Below are positions 1 through 12,600 of a stretch of 64,000 bases of DNA, in pieces. The stretch lies in contig NW_027362916.1 of NCBI RefSeq assembly GCF_046119375.1, forward strand, positions 1,736,001 through 1,800,000. The letters run 5' to 3'. Position numbers and translations under genes: made by a program. The DNA is from Phyllobates terribilis (lineage: Eukaryota). A model generated the notes under the pieces. It saw nothing but the letters and a program-made list of their open reading frames with translations, did no database searches and was not told where the DNA came from. Positions within the stretch are counted from its first letter, which is position 1; every line of letters starts with the position of its first letter.

Positions 1-439
1 TGACTGGGATGCAGTTGCTGCCAACTCAACCGTTAAATCTGGTAAAGGGGCGTGCTGAAGCTGTCAGTACTTTGATTGACAGCTCAGCCGTCCAATCTGA
101 GACTGGGAGGCGCTGGCTATCTCGAAGTGTTCATTATCCCAGGTGATTGCTAGTATACTTAACTGGGCTGTTTCTCCTAGACCTCTGCCAGACGTACATT
201 CAGCTTGGGTGAGGTTTGTCTCTGCCCCTTGTGTTCTGTGAATTTATCTTCTGTTGCCTGACCTTGGACCTAGTTGTGCTCTGATCCGCTATACTCCTGG
301 CATTCTGACCAGCGGAACGTTACCTGACCACGCCATTGTCTCTTCCTTCTGTTTAGGATGCATCCTCCTGGCTTCTGACTTCAGACTCCCTCACTATCCT
401 GCTTCACGACTTGGCCATGAAAGGTGACACAGCGTCACA
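1..439 (+). repeat. 5' LTR, left part outside the window
   Basis: Aligns by eye to the 3' LTR and ends ...GACACAGCGTCACA. Confidence 0.85.
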
Positions 440-1842
440 TTATGTCTGGCCAAGGTCTAAGAATGTGAAAGCTGACACATTATCTTGTAGTCTCGATTCA
501 GTTTCTCCTCCAGAACCTGCATCCTCCATTATTCCTCACGGTATTGTGGATTCTATGGTAACCTTGAAATTGGAGGAGTAGATCCATAAAGTCCAGTCGT
601 TGGCTCCTTCCGCTACTCCAGGATCTAAATTATTTGTGCCTGTGTACCTAAGATTGTGTGTGTTACAAGAATTTCAGGATCTTGAGTGGTCATCCTGGGG
701 TTATTGCTGCACAGAAAGCAATTGCTAGATTTTTTGGTGGCCGTGCATGCATAATAATATCAAAGATTTTTGTATCTGTTTGTGAAATTTGCGCCCATGA
801 TAAAGTCAGTCATAGCCGGCCGGCTGGGGAATTGAATCCATTGACAATTCCAGAAAGCCAGTGGACTCATCTGTCTATGGATTTCATCACGGATTTTCCT
901 CTGTCTCGTGGGAAAACTGCTATCAGAGCGGTAGTTGACCAATTCAGCAAGCAAGCTAATTTTGTTCCTTTGTCAGGATTACCTAATGCAGAGACACTCT
1001 CCAGGTTGTTTTTCTCATATTGTAAGGTTACATGGGATCACTCTTAACATTGTGTCTGATAGGGGAGTACAATTTGTCTCTAAATTCTGGAGAGCTTTTT
1101 GTAGTAAACTCAGGATTGACTTATCATTTTCATCTGTTTACCACCCTCAAACCAATGGTCAGACTGACAGGACAAATCAATCTTTGGAATAAGTTTTAAG
1201 ATGCTTTGTGGCGGCTCAGCAGGAGGTCTTCGTTTTTACACTTGCCGAGTTTCCATTTAACAGCTGAGTGAATCAGTTTACTGGAACCTCACCATTGTTC
1301 TGTAATTACGGTTTTCATCCCTATTTTGGTGAATTTCCTAGGATTATTTCTGAATGGTTTGGGATGGAGGTCACAATACTAAGATTTGGGAATGTCTGAA
1401 AGGATGTTCAAAAGAATATTGGGACTGCTCAGATTCGCCAAAAAACAGAAGGCCAATAGAAGACGTTCAGTGAGTCCTGTTTTTAAGATCGGGGATAAGG
1501 TTTGGTTGTCATAGGAACATTAAACTTAAAGTGCTGTCGACAAAGTTGGGTCCAAATTTTATTGGTCAATATGAGATCCTAGAGGTGGTCAATCCAGTGG
1601 CATTCAGATTAAAGCTTCCTCCATCTCTTCGCATCACTAAAGTCTTTCATAAATCCCTATTAAAGGAGTTTGTCCCTTCGGCATTGTCTCCCTCTTCCCC
1701 GCCTCCTCTGGTTTCAGTCGACGGTGGCTTGGAGTATGAGTTTCAGTGGGTTATGGATTCTCATAGGGTCCGAAATTCCCTCCAATACCTCATCCATTGG
1801 AAGGAATATGGACCAGAGGAGAGAACGTGGGTCATAGCTTGA
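440..1842 (+). pseudogene. Gypsy pol remnant: end of RNase H, integrase (HHCC plus core) and chromodomain; frameshifted
   Basis: Motifs SKNVKAD.LS, HPG...[49 protein letters not shown], and the chromodomain EYEFQWVMDSHRVRNSLQYLIHWKEYGPEERTWV. Confidence 0.9.
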
Positions 1843-1934
1843 GATGTGAAGGCAGATTGGTTAGTCAGGACCTTCCATCTAAAATTTCTTGGGAAGCTTG
1901 GGGGTCCGGTGGCCTCCATTAGAAGAGGGGGTAC

Positions 1935-3844
1935 TGTCACGGTTCTACCACTCAGTGTGTCTGGGATGCAGTTACTGACAACTCGGTCATCCAGTCTGGT
2001 GCAGGGTTGTGCTGAGCTGTCAGTGTGTTGATTGACAGCTCAGCCGTACAATCTGAGACTAAAAGGAACTGGCTATCTCGAAGTGTTCATTATCCTAGGT
2101 GATTGCCAGGCTACTTAACTGGGCTGTTTCTGCCAGATGTACATTCAGCTTGTGTGAGGTTTGTCTCTGTGCCTTATGTTCTGTGAATTGATCTTCTGTT
2201 GCCTGACCTTGTTCTGACCATCCGTATGTTTAACCCCTTATGCTCTGATTCGCTATCCTCCTGGTATTCTGACGAACGGAATGTTACCTGTCTACTTCTT
2301 TCTTTCTTTTGTTTATGATGTACCCTCCTGGCTTTTGACTTCGGACTTGTTAGGCTCACGCCCGGACTGACTGGCGTGAGCGTGATTAGTGATCCCACTG
2401 GATCATGAACCGAGGAGTGCCTGGAGGGGCGTGACTAAGTATCAACCCGGTTCGACCAAGGTCGCACGGCGGCTCAATCGACTCTGTAAACCAGGGAGGA
2501 ACCGAGCAGAGGGACCAGTTGCTACTCCAGGTCAGACCCCGGTCACAGCTGTTGACCCACACCGGGGAATGCAGGAACAGGCAGGTTAGGCTGGCATACA
2601 GACAGGTGGGTACTGGCAGGCACAGCTGATATGCAGACAGGTGGGTACTGGCAGGCACAGCTGATATGCAGACAGGTGGGTACTGGCAGGTAGGAATGCA
2701 GGCAAAATAGGAACCAGTACAGACTATGATACAGGAACAGAGCCGCAGATGCGATAGACAAGCAGAGCAGAGCAAAACCCGCAGGTGCAGTAGACAAGCA
2801 GAGCAGAGCAAAATCCGCAGATGCGGTAGACAAGCAGAGCAGAGCAAAACCCGCAGGTGCGGTAGACAAGCAGAGCAAAGCAAAACCGCAGGTGCGGTGG
2901 ACAAGCAGAGCAGAGTAAAGCCGCAGGTGCAGTGGACAAGCAGAGCAGAGCAAAACCGCAGGTGCGGTGGACAAGCAGAGCAGAGCAAAACTACAGGTGC
3001 GATGGACAAGCAGAGCAGAGCAAAACCCAAAGATGCGGTAGACAAGCAGAGCAGAACAAAACCCGCAGATGCGGTAGACAGGACAGGGCTCTGTTCACAT
3101 GGAACAGACTGGAAAACACAAGAAGATAGCTGGAACACAGGAGTAGATAAGGAGACAGGGAAACAGAACGAGCAGAACCAGATACACACAAGGTACTTAC
3201 AATGAAGTAGCGAGTGGACACAAAACTCACAAACAGAAGTACAGAGACAACGAGTTGGAGTTAGGTGCAGGTTCAGACACTGCAGGAAAAGGGAAGGTAC
3301 AGACATAGAGACAAATAGGTAAAGGGCTAGGACACTGTTCAGACAGGATCCGAACCAGGAACAAGATACAGGAACGAGCCTGGGAACTCAGCCCCCAGGA
3401 TGGCGGAAACTGACTAGAAGTCACAGGTAACAGGCCTGGGTATACAGCCCCCAGGGTGGCAGAAACAGGCAAGATACAGGACAAGACCTGGCAACTCAGT
3501 TGCACAGAACACACTGAATGAAAGAGTTGCTCAGGCACCTCCTACTGGGTGGAGGGGGTGTAAGTATCCAGTGACTCACAGCAATAGGTTGGGGACGCAT
3601 TAGGAGTGCACACACTGCAACTATAAGAATCAGAAAGCAACAGCGCCGCCGCCCTAAGCAATCAGACAAGAGACATGCAAACAGAAGGCACTGGAGCAAA
3701 GTGTGCAGCCTGGACTGATAGGTAAGATTGCGGTCTTGCATGGTGGGAGGTGGTAAACCATGTAAGCATGCCGCCAGGGATGTTACAGGACTCCTTGACT
3801 ATCCTGTCTCACGGCTTGGCCATGAAAAGTGACTCAGCATCACA
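1935..3844 (+). repeat. 3' LTR split by a solo-LTR insertion (1935-2347 and 3788-3844)
   Basis: Starts TGTCAC directly after the PPT. The LTR sequence resumes after the insertion and ends GCATCACA. Confidence 0.85.
2348..3787 (-). mobile_element. Solo LTR with internal tandem repeats
   Basis: TG...CA ends and a perfect 5-bp TSD GGACT (2343-2347 / 3788-3792). Its reverse complement resembles 37734-39556. Confidence 0.85.
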
Positions 3845-4509
3845 GAGATATATCATGGCACAGGGGTAATGCTTTTTTATGTAGTTTATCATAATCCTCC
3901 TTGAAGTTAGTCAGTTTTAAAAGAAATTGAAAAGTCAGGATAAAGGGAAACTCTGTTGTTATTGTACAGAAATTCACACTTGGTCCTCACTGCACATTTA
4001 ATGTTGTCGATCATAAAAATGAAACTTTTCCAGAAACACTGGACCTGGTCTTGTAGGGACCATATGAGCACATTCAGCAGCACAGAAGGGAGGGAAGGTA
4101 GATTCATCCAATAAGATATCAGGGTTCTAGGAAGCCAACAGCATCATTACCCTCCGCTTTCTCTTACAGGCCCGTCATAATATTATTATTCATGTGATTT
4201 TCTAACTTGTCAGCAAATTCTATGTACGCTGTCATTTGGCTTTGTAGTTTAAAGATCTGGGCAGGTAAGAGTCAGCATCTCCTAATCTCAAAGGGTAGGT
4301 GGATCCTTCTGGTTGGAAGTTCTATAGATTAGGGCTTTCAATGCCCAAAGTCATTTAAACAGTTTTGGATGGAGGAGAATGTTGTGGTCTAGAAGTAAAA
4401 TGGTGATCACATGATTGTGGTACGGCCGGACTACACCACCGATAAAGCAGCCACAGCCGGTGACTGAGATGAATTGGTAACTTCTCTACATTTAGTGGTT
4501 ACTACTCAC

Positions 4510-7500
4510 CTGGGTAGTCATATGTAGGAATCTCCTCTTTACACCGCTCATCACCGCTCACATATGTCTCTGTAGTATTAATATGGGTCAGATATTCACC
4601 CTGAAACAAATATTGTAAAAGTCACAGGCTGATGGAGAAGTCACATCTATGATCAGCTCTAATCCTGCCATCTCCAACGTTCTCATTACACAAGTATAAA
4701 ACATATAATACTGGTGGATAAAACAAGATGGAACACAAGACCTTCACAGCCGTCTACACATCATAGGGGAGATCTCATGACACCTTCTCTCCATCTACCT
4801 GATGATACTGAGGAATATTGAGATCTTCTTGTTTACAGTCATGTGGAAGAAGAGGACGGGGAGATCTCTCTGGTGTTGTCCTCTTACTGGATAGATCTGG
4901 AGGAAACACATACAGGGACTGAATTCATTCTTTACATACAGATAATTATAGGCCGTGTGTATTTAGTCCTGTCTATTACCTGGTGATGTGAGGGGCTGGG
5001 GAACCTCCATCATGACGTCCTTGTACAGATCTTTGTGTTCTTCTAAATACTCCCACTCCTCCATGGAGAAATAGACAGCGACATCCTGACATCTTATAGG
5101 AACCTGACACATACAATGATGCAGTCATCCCCCCGATCCTTTCATAGCATTACTGTATAAAGTCCCAGCATTCCCAGCAGTGTCACCTCTCCAGTCAGCA
5201 GCTCAATCATCTTGTAGGTGAGTTCTAGGATCTTCTGGTCATTGATGTCCTCATATATCAGAGGATGAGGTGCAGGCCACGTGATTGGGCTCAGGGGTCT
5301 TCCCCATCCCTCAGACACAGGGTCTTCACAGCGCTCTCTAGAGGTCTTCTTCACTACTGTGTAATCCTGGTTATGGAGAGAGACATTAACCCCTTAACCC
5401 CCAAGGGTGGTTTGCACGTTAATGACCAGGCCAATTTTTACAATTCTGACCACTGTCACTTTATGAGGTAATTACTCTGGAACGCTTCAACGGATCCCCC
5501 TGATTCTGAGATTGTTTTTTCGTGACATATTGTACTTCATGATTGTGGTAAAATTTCTTCGATATCACTTGCGTTTATTTGTGAAAAAAACGGAAATTTG
5601 GCAAAAATTTTGAAAATTTTGCAATTTTCAAAATTTTAATTTTTATGCCCTTAAATCAGAGAGATATGTCACACAAAAGAGTTAATAAATAACATTTCCC
5701 ACATGTCTACTTTACATCAGCACAATTCTGGAACCAAAATTTTTTTGTTAGGCAGCTATAAGGGTTAAAAGTTGACCAGCGATTTCTCATTTTTCCAACA
5801 AAATTTACAAAACCATTTTTTTAGGGACCACATCACATTTGAAGTCACTTTGAGAGGTCTTTATGACAGAAAATACCCAAAAGTGACACCATTCTTAAAA
5901 CTGCACCCCTCAAGGTGCTCAAAACCACATTCAAGAACTTTATTAACCCTTCAGGTGATTCACAGGAATTTTTGGAATGTGGAAGAAAAAAATTAACATT
6001 TAACTTTTTTCACAAAAATGTTAATTTAGACCCAATTTTTTTTATTTTCACAGGGGTAACAAGAAAAAATGGACCCCAAAATTTGTTGTGCAATTTCCCC
6101 TGGGCACGCAGATACCCCATATGTGGGGAAAAAACACTGTTTGGGCGCACGGCAGGACTCGGAAGGGAAGGATCGCAATTTGACTTTTTGATTGTAAAAT
6201 TTGCTTGAATAATTAGCGGACGCCATGTTGTCTTTGGAGAGCCCCTGTGTGCCCAAACATTGGAGCTCCCCCACAAGTGACCCCATTTTGGAAACTAGAC
6301 CCCCCAAGGCACCTATCTAGATGCATAGTGAGCACTTGGAACCCCTAGGTGCTTCACAAATTGATTCGTAAAAATGAAAAAGTGAAAAAAAAAAAAACTT
6401 TTTCATTTTTATGAATCAATTTGTGAAGCACCTGGGGGTTCCAAGTGCTCACTATGCATCTAGATAGGTGCCTTGGGGGGTCTAGTTTCCAAAATGGGGT
6501 CACTTGTGGGGCAGCTCCAATGTTTAGGCACGCAGGGGCTCTCGAAACGCAACATGGCGTCAGCTATTTGAGCCGATTTTCAATTCAATTTGTTAGCGGA
6601 CACCATGTCGCGTTTGGAGAGCCCCTGATGTGCCTAAACAGTGGAGCTCCCCCACAAGTGACCCCATTTTGGAAACTAGACCCCTCAAGGATTTTATTAA
6701 GGTGTATAGTGAACATTTTGAACCCAGAGGTACGACACAGAATTTGATAACATTAGGTCATCATATTGAATAAGTTGTCATTACTCTTGAGCGCAAGTGC
6801 TCGCTACTTGAGTTTGCATCGGGTACTCACGTATGCATCATGTACAGCGTGTGCTCGAGTGACATGCTCGAGTCCCTGCTCCGCATGTTTCACGGTTATT
6901 AGACACCCAAAAAAAAAACATGCGGGGATCGCTCGTGCATGGCAGGCAATCCCCGCAAAGTTTTTCTGGCCGCGAAGCATATGGGGAGGAGACTCGAGCA
7001 TGTCACTCAAATACCCACGATACTCAATGCATACCAGAGCACCCGATGCAAACTCAAGTACCGAGCACTTGCGCTCAACACTAGTCGCCATATCGTCATC
7101 TTTTTTTCTTACTTTTGAAAAAAATCCCAACCCCATCACAACCCTAACCCCAAACCCAGGCCTAACCCTAGCCCTAACCCTAGCCCTAACCCTAACCCGA
7201 GAGTTTATTTTTTACGCCGTTCCTCGTGCGGTATAAGTGATTAGACGACTTTATTCTTCGGGTTGGTGTGATTACAGCAATACCAGAATCATATGGGGGT
7301 TTTATGACTGACAGCTGTCACACACTAAAAGACGCATTTTTCGTAAAATCTAGTTTTTGCATCGCCATATTTTGAGAGCTATAATTTTTCCAGATTTTGG
7401 CAGACAGTCATGTGATGGCTCGTTTTTTGCGGGATGAGTTGACGTTGTTATTGGTGCCATTTTCAGGCACGTGACATTTTTTGATCGCTTTCTATTCCGA

Positions 7501-8754
7501 TTTTTGGGAGGCAGAATAAACAAAAACCAACAATTCAGGAATTGTTTTTTTTGTTTTTTTTAATTCTGTTCCGCGTGTGGTAAAATTGATAAGGCAGCTT
7601 TATTCTTCGGGTCAGTACGTTTACAGCGGTACCACATTTATATAGTTTTTCTATGTTTTGCACTTTTACATAATAAAAGCAATTTTATAGAAAAAATTAT
7701 TTTTTAGCATAGCTTTATTCTGAGAGCTATAACTTTTTTATTTTTCGGCTGATGGAGCAGTATGGCGGCTTGTTTTTTGCGGGACGAGATGACGTTTTCA
7801 GTGGTACCATTTTTATTTATATTTGTCTTTTTTATCGCGTGTTATTACATTTTTTGTTTGGCGGTATGGTGATAAAGCATTGTTTTTTGCTTCGTTTTTT
7901 TTTTTTTTTTTTTAACCATGTTCACTGAAAGGGTTAACTAGTGGGACAGTTTTATAGGTCAGGTTGTTCCGGACACGGCGATAGCAAATATGTGTACTTT
8001 TATTGTTTGTTTGTTTTTTGTTTTTTATTATAATATTTATTGATGGGTACATTATATTTTTATTTTTGGTGGATTATTTTTTTTATTTTATTTTTTTATA
8101 TTTTTGCAATTTTTTTTTCACTTTCTGATAGTTTTTATACTTTATTACTTTGTCCCACTATGGGACTTTCACTTTTTTTTTCTCTGATCGCCTGCATGGC
8201 ACAGGAATGCAGCACCATCCCTGTGCCATGCAGGCTGTCAGCGCTGGACAGGGAGAAGATTGTTTGGAGATGCACTGCGCTGGAAGCCAGAAGAGGAGGT
8301 GAGTATCTGCGATCACCTCCCCTTGCCACCGCAATGCTGCGATCGACTTCGATCGCAGCATCGCGGGGGTTAATGTGCTGGAGCGGTGCGTAACCGCTCC
8401 CTGCATATAGTACCGGGTGTCAGCTGTGACAATCAGCTGACACCCGGCGGCGATCGCGCCCGCACAGCCTGTGTGCGCGCACGATCGCCATCACGTACTA
8501 ATACGGGTCTGGCTCTTAAGTCCCAGGGCACAGACGCGCATTAGTACGTCAAATGTTGTTAAGGGGTTAATAAATCTCACTACAGACATTTCCAGAGTCC
8601 TCACCTCTCCAGTTCTGTCCTTCTATTATTTCCATAGATAAGAAGGATGTAATGTGACGTCATCAGAATCTCTCACCTCTCCAGTAAGCCGGAAGAGGAT
8701 CTCTAGGGTGAGGTGTAATATCCTCTCCACCATCTTGTCTCTGTCCATATCCAT
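4510..8754 (-). CDS. ZNF gene 1, N-terminal coding exons: 8754-8677, 5366-5187, 5103-4980 (KRAB-A-like), 4896-4799, 4600-4510; finger exon not in window
   Basis: All introns are GT-AG with compatible phases and the frame is open ([26 protein letters not shown]|DYTVVKK...LLTGE|[33 protein letters not shown]...). Exon-by-exon paralogy with gene 2. Confidence 0.85.
6782..7083. mobile_element. hAT-type MITE nested in the piggyBac-like element (second copy at 62669-62968)
   Basis: TIR-like ends TACTCTTGAGCG / CGCTCAACACTA and a degenerate 8-bp TSD GTTGTCAT / GTCGCCAT. Confidence 0.65.
7128..7197 (+). repeat. Degenerate (CCCTAA/CCCTAG)n telomere-like tract inside the transposon
   Basis: Read directly from the sequence. 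Confidence 0.8.
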
Positions 8755-9844
8755 CCTTGATGGGTAAAATCAAGAAAATTCTCTTATATAGAAGATCTTC
8801 ACTGACAGGATCCGATATTGTAGAGACCTGAATGAGAAGATGATGAGCAGATATAACATAAAAATCCTGGGTAATAATACAATTACTGGAGATAATAAGG
8901 GGAAACATATGAGGAGATTTATTATTTTACAGTGTTTAGTTTTCTTCTATACATCTAGTAATAAAACCTATATATTTTAGGCCACAGACAACAAACAGTT
9001 TCTTCCTCGGAGTCTGCAGCTGAATACCTTTCTCACAAGATGGTGGTCTGATGGTTTTATGAGATGGTTGTTTGTTCTCGGCCCCGACCCTTTCACAACT
9101 CCTGTCTCCTAAATTAATCGTTAGAGAAACACATAATGAGAACCTGGCTTACACCTCTGGGGTTTCACAGATGCGGCATTGATAAATGTCCACCATGTAA
9201 ATATGCCGAACACAAGAAATAGATTTAATCACATTAAATAAAACATTTCATTACACAATGTATCACCTGCAGCAGAGAATTTGTAGTATATTGTATTCAG
9301 TGTCTGGGATGTAATGTCAGATATGTCGGCTGCTCCTCCCGTAAATAAGGCAGAGAATTAATGAGCACATAGGAGACCCCACTAATCCCGCGGCCATTAA
9401 CCCCTCCAACGTTTCCACACATTTCCTAAGAGAACACACTGGTGACTGAAAGAACTTTCGGTTTTGTGGCATTGAAAGGGTAAATCGTTCAGGTGGAGGG
9501 AAGATGGCGGAGGGGCATTGCTGAACCGTGAAGCTTCCTGGACACTGAGGCCAAATCCATCGCACCGGAGGGTATAAAGAGAATATGTGGACGGTTATCA
9601 CTACTATCTACATTACTGTGATAGTACTAGGAGATGAATAATGGCGTTGTGTGAGGACTTCTCTGGGCTTCTGTCCTTCATCCTGCAGTCGTCTGAATGG
9701 ATCTAATGTGGACGGGAACCAGCTAAACCGCATTCTGTCCACAGCTGTTACCTCACTGTTTACACCACACAGAGACCCCAAAAGAGTCTCCGTGCTGAAG
9801 GGGTTAATGCCCCCTGCGCCCAGTAATGGGGAATCTCCACATAC

Positions 9845-9960
9845 CTCCACCTGCAGATCCGCCACCACATATATGGCTGCTCTGTGCGTACAGGACCTGT
9901 GATGAGGTCACAGGAGGGGAGGAGTCAGGGGTCACATGATCAGGGGCCTCAGTGAATGCG
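9845..9960 (-). promoter_or_regulatory. Putative promoter and non-coding first exon of ZNF gene 1
   Basis: Donor GAG|GTATGT at 9844, E-box GTCACATGAT at 9931-9940, and a near-identical block at 33746-33860. The TSS itself is not defined. Confidence 0.6.
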
Positions 9961-10084
9961 CAGTGTGAACTGTGCGGCTCCTGTACAGTGATATCCGGAG
10001 TGAAGACGCTACATGGAGATGTCTCCGCAGTCAGTGACATTTCTGGCATTATGTATGTTTTTTGCCTATCCTTCTCTGAAATTT

Positions 10085-11930
10085 GACTACCCAATTCCTT
10101 CTCCCAACCCCAGTAAAGGGTAGAGGGTCATCGCTGGTGTCCATTTGTGTTGCTTTGTGTATGCAAGATAGAAGTTTAGTACAAGGACCTACTTGCGTGA
10201 TTAAGGGTTCAAAAGGAGTGAGTTCATCTTTCATACTAGTAACATGTGAGAATTTATAAATGACCTGAGCTGGAAATAAGCCAGGCAGGATAGACTCCTA
10301 ATTGGAAAGGAGCCACGAAGTTCTATAAAGGAAGGAAAAGAGCCTGATCCCATGAGAACGTGTCTCAATCTAACCCCATCAGATCAGTCCCAGATTAGAA
10401 ATGAGTCCGTACCTGAAGCAGAGGGAAAATCTGGGTTGTCAAACAAGGGCATTAATGGACCCAACCTACGTGATATAGATGAAGAGATTAAGACTTGATC
10501 CCATGTTTTCAAAAAGTGTTGAATGGGTATTGATAATTGTTTAGTTTGTACATGTATTTAGTCAATCCAAGGTAGAGATGTGAGTATCCACGGATAGAGG
10601 TCCTCTTCCAGTTTCACCCATTGCTTATGTTCCACAGATGTGAACCAGTCCACTGCTCTCATAAGAATCAAAGATTGATGGTAATTTTTTTTAGAACGGG
10701 CATACTAGTACCCCGCTTTATTTTTGGAACATCACAATATTTTAAAACATATCCTAGACCTCGACGTTCCCCATACTACCTAATAGCGTTGTCGAGATGG
10801 GAGAAAAAGGTCTGAGGAACGCAGACAGGAACGGTCTGGAATATATAAAGAAGTTTTGGCAAAATGTCCATTTTATCACATAAATACAACCAAACCAGGA
10901 CAAGGGTTTGGAGTTATAATTCATTACATTTTAAAGAGTTTGTTCAAGGACAGTGATATAATTTAAGCTATACAGATCATCCATGTTGCCTGGAATTTGT
11001 GTACTGAGGTACTTAGGTGTGTCTTTCTGCCACTTAAAGGGAAAGTTAAAAATTAGCCGTTGTCTTATGTTATTGCTTCTGATTTAGAGCAGTTGACTTT
11101 AAAATCGCTTACTTGACCAAATTCTTCGAATTCCTTTAGTATAGAAGGAAATGAGATAATTGGGTTTGAAAATAGAGCAACAAGTCATCTGCGTATAGAG
11201 CTAGTTTATAGTGATGTGAGCCTATAGCAACTCCACTAATATCTGGATTTTTTTGTAATGCTACCGCGAAATGTTCCATCACCAATGTGTATAGGAGAGG
11301 TGATAAGGGACACTCTTGCTTTGTCTCATTTTTAATAGAAAATGTGTCAGATAGAAGGCCGTTTACCCTATAGCTTTAGGGTCAGTGTAGAAGGATAGAA
11401 TTTTAGATAACAAGAAAGAGCCTAACCCAATTTTTCGTAAGGTGCTCTTCAAGAAAGTCCAGTGCATTCTGTCAAACACTTTTTCAGCGTCCAAAGAAAC
11501 AAGGCACATTGGGATCCCGTTTTTTTGCACGTGAAACTAACAACGTTTTATTGGTATTATCACGCACTTCTCTACCCTTAACGAAGCCAACCTGATCGTT
11601 GCTAACAATTGAGGGTAGGTAGTGGGAGAGCCATGGTGCAATTATATTAGAGAATATTTTGATGTATATTAATGAAATTGGATGAACATTAGGGCAGGCA
11701 TTTAGTTCTTTTCCAGGCTTTGATAAAACTGTTGTGAGCCTCAAGTGATTGGGGGGCAAAAGGGGGAGTCTTGTGAGATATTATTGAACACTAATGGTAA
11801 TAACAGAGGTTAAACATGTTATAAAATCTATTATTGAATCCATCTGGCCCAGGGCTCTTCCCGATAGGACAGGCCATTAAATCATTCCCTATCTGTTGTT
11901 CAGTGAAAGATTTGTCTAGTATCTCCTGCT
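10085..11930 (-). mobile_element. L1-clade LINE fragment (ORF2 RT and post-RT region), decayed; boundaries approximate
   Basis: Motifs PISL...DQVGFVKGR, LYADDLL (about 11178-11200) and IKMDILPKLLYIFQ, with many stops and frameshifts. Confidence 0.8.
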
Positions 11931-12111
11931 CAGGGGTCTGTAAGGAAGGAACGGTAGTGTCCAAAATATATTTGTCAATTATTGTTTCAAGAAAATGTAT
12001 ATATTTTCCATGAATATTATGAAGTGAGCTATAACAGCAATGAAATGCGTCAGCTATGTCAGTGGGGTTAGGAATTTATAGCAGTCGTGCTCCTTTTGTT
12101 TTGGATACATA

Positions 12112-12469
12112 CGGCTCTGGCAAAAATTAAGAGACCACTGCAAAATTTTCAGTTTCTCTGATTTTTCTCTTTATAGGTATATTATAGAGTAAAATGTACA
12201 TTGTTGTTTTAGTCTATAAACTACTGACAACTTGTCTCCGAAATTCAAAGCTAAAAATTTTGTATTTATTTGCAGCAAATGATAGTGTCAAAATATTAAA
12301 AAGAAACAAGTGTTTTCAGACCTCAAATTACTCATGTTTTAAATGTGAAATCAATATTTGGTGGACTAACCATGATTTTTAATCACAGCTTTCATTCCTC
12401 TTGCCATGCTTTCCACCAGTCTTTCCAATAGAAAACTGTTCAGTGGTCTCTTAATCTTTGCCGGAGCTG
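12112..12469. mobile_element. Tc1/mariner non-autonomous element
   Basis: About 30-bp TIRs C(G/A)GCTC(T/C)GGCAAA(A/G)ATTAAGAGACCACTG flanked by TA on both sides. Confidence 0.85.
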
Positions 12470-12600
12470 TATGTCCTTTGTATCCGTGGATGTAACTTCC
12501 TTGTCAATGAGTGACCACATTTATCTGTGAATTCATACGAGTACCTTCACATGCGATCTTGATATTTTGTATACGTTTGATCTATTAAAGATCTTCGCTC

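Larger units (their letters stand above)
1..3844 (+). mobile_element. Decayed chromovirus-type Ty3/Gypsy LTR retrotransposon (partial 5' LTR, integrase-chromodomain, PPT, 3' LTR) in intron 5 of ZNF gene 1
   Basis: Sequence 1-439 recurs at 1935-2347 plus 3788-3844 (TG...CA). A purine tract AGAAGAGGGGG lies at 1921-1931. Integrase and chromodomain motifs lie between the LTR copies. Confidence 0.9.
5390..8566. mobile_element. Non-autonomous piggyBac-like composite element in intron 1 of ZNF gene 1
   Basis: TTAA TSD (5386-5389 / 8567-8570) and CCCCTTAA/TTAAGGGG termini. The paralogous intron of gene 2 has the empty site (CACATTAATAAATCTCAC). Confidence 0.85.

Noticed and set aside
2386-3306. 306-aa Cys/Leu-rich ORF and similar ORFs at 37845-39554
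   Set aside because: They lie in solo-LTR tandem repeats and show no domain motifs.
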